The notes under the pieces were generated by a model. The model saw only the letters and a program-made list of their open reading frames with translations. It did not search any database and was not told where the DNA came from. From positions 1-12,226 of the forward strand of contig NW_021826607.1 in the NCBI RefSeq assembly GCF_006345805.1: a stretch of 12,226 nt of DNA, in the 5' to 3' direction. Positions 8,851 through 12,226 of the stretch are shown piece after piece. Position 1 is the first letter of the stretch. Every line of letters begins with the position of its first letter. The translations under genes and the position numbers were made by a program. The stretch comes from Octopus sinensis. Its lineage: Eukaryota.

Positions 8851-9255
8851 GTGTCTGTGTTTATGTCTGTGTTTACGGGCTTACATTGCAACAAAAGAAA
8901 ACGATAACATGGGTACCAGACTATTAAAAATTAAACGCCGCGGGAGATCTCTTTCGTTCTTAGAACATCTTTTTGGTTCGAGATATCAAAAGAAATTGAC
9001 CAAAAGTTTGCAAAGAGGTATTTTGCAAGCTCAGGGATAACCATTGGTGCAATTACATTAAAGATTACTGCTTCACTTTTCGCCTGTGTAAGACAAAACT
9101 TCAGCTCTAACACATTTGCAGTCAAATTTGAGAAACAGTAAAATATTTCGAGACTGAAATCATTAAAAAGTGAACGAAAACCAAAAGTAACGTCCTTAAC
9201 GCAACGAGAAGATCCAATTTAGTCATAATATTGCGATTGTAAATTGTCTTTAATA

Positions 9256-9555
9256 TATTTCTTTATTGCCCTCAAGGGGCTATACATAGAGGGGACAGAC
9301 AAAGGGATTAGGTCGATTACATCAACCCCAGTGCGTAACTGGTATTTAATTTATCGACCCCGAAAGGATGAAAGGCAAAGTCGACCTCGGCGGAATTTGA
9401 ACTCACAACGTAACGGCAGACGAAATACGGCTACGCATTTCGCCCGGCGTGCTAACGTTTCTGCCAGCTCGCCGCCTTTTTCTGCCAGCTCGCCGCCTTC
9501 TTCTGCCAGCTCGCCGCCTTCTTCTGCCAGTTCGCCACCTTTTTCTGCCAGCTCG
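9256..9555 (-). mobile_element. Apparently full-length tRNA-derived SINE with multimerised 5' end
   Basis: Minus strand has head GGCGGCGAGCTGGCAGAAACGTTAGC (A-box-like), B-box GTTCAAATTCC (9402-9392), a body shared with two other copies in the window, and tail GCCCCTTGAGGGCAATAAAGAAA. TTTAATA flanks both sides (9249-9255, 9556-9562). Confidence 0.9.
9459..9555 (+). repeat. 21-bp minisatellite, about 4.6 copies (TTCTGCCAGCTCGCCGCCTTY)
   Basis: Units start at 9459, 9480, 9501, 9522 and 9543 (partial); unit 4 has two substitutions. Confidence 0.97.
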
Positions 9556-9651
9556 TTTAATAACTTGTCTATCATTAATACCTGATCAACGACTGAAAGC
9601 CTCACAACACAGGGGGAAAAAAATTAAGCCCTGACAGTCGATTTTTCAACT

Positions 9652-9718
9652 AAAATCTTTCAAGGCGATGCACGATGAAGGCCGTAAGTTCACTGACTGA
9701 AACAAAGGTAAAAGACAA
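9652..9718 (+). mobile_element. Possible degenerate SINE/LINE 3' tail fragment
   Basis: AAAATCTTTCAAGGCGATGC..GGCCGTAAGTTCACTGACTGAAACAAAGGTAAAAGA resembles from recall a common octopus SINE tail (TCAAGGCGGTGC..GGCCGCAGTC.AATGACTGAAAC.AGTAAAAGA). Short and diverged. Confidence 0.35.
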
Positions 9719-10036
9719 ACGGACCAAAATTAGAGATTCGGAAATGTGCATTAACTATGGGAAGCGCCAACTGAAACGGCGAACGTGGGCACCCTGACTT
9801 TAGAATGAAACAAGGTTGGAAAGATCATAGAGTTCTCTCTTCAAGCCTCGAAAAAGTTCCCTTCAGAAGGCGATAGTTGAAGACTAATCTCTAGTTTCGA
9901 TTCTTTAAGCTTTTGTGGTTCAGCCAGAGCCAGAGTTAAAAATCATAAGAAAAAATTTATTATTTAAATATATATATGAACTTGTCTCGATATGCATGAT
10001 AATACATACATAAAACAAAACATACAAATCTGCACA

Positions 10037-10292
10037 TATACATACATACATACATACATACATACATACATACATACATACATACATACATACATGCATG
10101 CATGCATACATACATACATACATACATACATACATACATACATACATGCATGCATACATACATACATACATACATACATACATACATGCATGCATGCATA
10201 CATACATACATACATACATACATACATACATGCATGCATGCATACATACATACATACATACATACATACATACATACATACATACATACATA
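10037..10292 (+). repeat. (TACA)n microsatellite with interspersed (TGCA)n blocks
   Basis: Direct reading. Confidence 0.97.
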
Positions 10293-10408
10293 GGAACAAA
10301 AATACCCTGTTGTTAATGTTGAAATTCCAATGAAGGAACATTGGATCTAGATTAGAAACCGGCTCTTTCTCCATTGGCAAGAAATCTTGAAATAAAACTG
10401 AACCATGT

Positions 10409-10600
10409 CATACATACATACATGCATACACACACACATACATACATACATGCATACATACATACATACATACATACATACGCATATACATATATGCATC
10501 CATACATACATTCGTATGTACACACATACATATATACATACGTACATATATACATGCATACATACGTGCATGCATACATACATACGTACGTACGTACATA

Positions 10601-10631
<31 letters not shown>

Positions 10632-10815
10632 ACATGCATGCGTACATACATACATGTTGGTATGCATGCATGGCGTGAGCATTTGTGTGAATGCTTGTTT
10701 GTGTGTGTGTGTCTGAGTGTGCATATGTGTGCGTGTGTGCATGTGTACGTGCGTGTGTGCATGTGTACGTGCGTGTGTGCATGTGTGCGTGTGTGTGTGT
10801 GTGTGCATGTGTGAG
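10409..10815. repeat. Degenerate TACA/CA then TG alternating purine-pyrimidine tract
   Basis: Direct reading; includes a 20-bp unit GTGCGTGTGTGCATGTGTAC repeated around 10729-10790. Confidence 0.92.
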
Positions 10816-11193
10816 TGTGGGGGGAGTGCACGGGGGTGTGAGTATGAGAATGCAAAGGTATGAGACGAGGACTAATGATGGCTTGACGAATCTGAGGTAA
10901 AAAAAAAAAAAATCGTAAAATGAATAAAAAGCAATGCGCTGAAAGATAGGTGGTGGTGGTGGTGGTGGTGGGAGTTGACTAAAGAAAGAAGGAGAAGACA
11001 AACGGAAAAGCTGGAGGAGAAAGATAAGAGAGAGGGGGAGAGGGGAGAGGGGGAGGAGAAGAATATCGAGAGGGAGAAGGAGAGGAGTATATTAAATGGA
11101 TATTAGTGAAAATGATTTCTTTTTTACGTTTGCTTATGTATTTGTCTCCGGTGCTGTGTATGGGTGTGTGGGTGTATGGTGTGGTTGGTTGAT

Positions 11194-11236
11194 GTGGTGG
11201 TGGTGGTGGTGGTGGTGGTGGTGGTGGTGGTGGTGG
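11194..11236 (+). repeat. (TGG)n microsatellite (a second shorter one at about 10948-10971)
   Basis: Direct reading. Confidence 0.95.
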
Positions 11237-11666
11237 TTGGGTGTATGGGAGGTTGTATTCTCTGAGTTCATCGAGTGCTGTTGAGACTTCACTCAATTAC
11301 AATTAAAAGGTTCACGGAGATGCTCGCCTCCCCTCCCCCCCCACTAGCCTACCACTGCCGCCGCCGCTGCCGCCGCCGCCGTCTCCTTCATCGCCATCAT
11401 TCCAATGCCATACACCACAACTGTTGCCTTACGCCTCAGCATCTCTATCCGCTCCCCCATCCCCCACCCCACCCCCACCCCCACCGCCTATATGGTGTGG
11501 AGAAAGGCAAAAAAAAATACATGTATATATCACAAAAACAAACAAACAAACAAAAAAACGTTCTGGATAGAAGTGGCGGCGGCGGCAGCGGCGGTGGCAG
11601 TGGTGGTTAAGGCGACGTTGACGGTATGCGGAAAGTGGATTCTCAGTGTCTATGATTCGATGTGTA

Positions 11667-12108
11667 TACACACACACACACACACGCACACACACACACA
11701 CACACACATACACACACGCACACACACACACACACGCACACACGCACAGACACACACACACACATACACACACACACACACACACATACACATACACACA
11801 CGCACACTACACACCACACAACACGCACACACCACACACGCACCACACACACACATACACACATACACACACGCACACATACACAACACGCACACACACA
11901 CACACCACACACCACACCACACACACACACACAACGCACGCACACACACACACCACACACCTACACACACGCACACACGCACACACGCACACCGCACAGA
12001 CACCACCCACACATACACACCATACACACCACGCACACACACCCACACCCCGCACACACGCACAGACACACACACACACATGCATGAATACACACACACA
12101 TACACACA
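11667..12108 (+). repeat. Long degenerate (CA)n tract
   Basis: Direct reading; source of the His/Thr and Cys/Val ORFs. Confidence 0.96.
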
Positions 12109-12226
12109 TGCATTTGTACTCTGCATGCAAGAATGAATGTACGAATGCGCATGTATGTATTTATATACATGTGCGTGTGCATGTAGGTATGTTATATCTG
12201 CATGCATATGTGTGTATATCTATCCA

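Noticed and set aside
8850-9245. Unique sequence with short ORFs (8714-9040, 8931-9125) as possible host exons
   Set aside because: No recognisable motif or convincing splice signals; cannot be excluded without RNA-seq.
9459-9555. CRISPR-like direct repeats and the ELAEEGG-repeat ORF (9351-9605)
   Set aside because: The repeats are contiguous with no spacers, there are no cas genes, the context is eukaryotic, and the unit equals the SINE 5' end.
9920-12207. Many MYVC/HTYI/HT/CV ORFs
   Set aside because: Translations of TACA and CA microsatellites.

Overview
Eukaryotic, AT-rich, microsatellite-dense non-coding DNA with no recognisable host exon or intact gene. The SINE sequences and repeat style resemble octopus (cephalopod) DNA; this assignment is from recall, not a search. 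The window is a mosaic of decayed mobile elements: an RTE-clade LINE fragment, three different mariner-family relics, a Penelope-like element relic (RT end plus GIY-YIG endonuclease), a probable L1/Tx1-type LINE 3' end, and several tRNA-derived SINE copies. A 190-bp tandem duplication and many simple repeats lie between them. Almost all ORFs in the supplied track are simple-repeat artefacts. I found no convincing new multi-gene system. The most unusual local structures are a SINE whose 5' head is multimerised about 4.6 times inside an apparent TSD, a SINE/LINE shared 3' tail, a 26-nt insert flanked by a 16-bp duplication, a 30-bp GC-rich inverted repeat, and a strong minus-strand bias of the TE relics.
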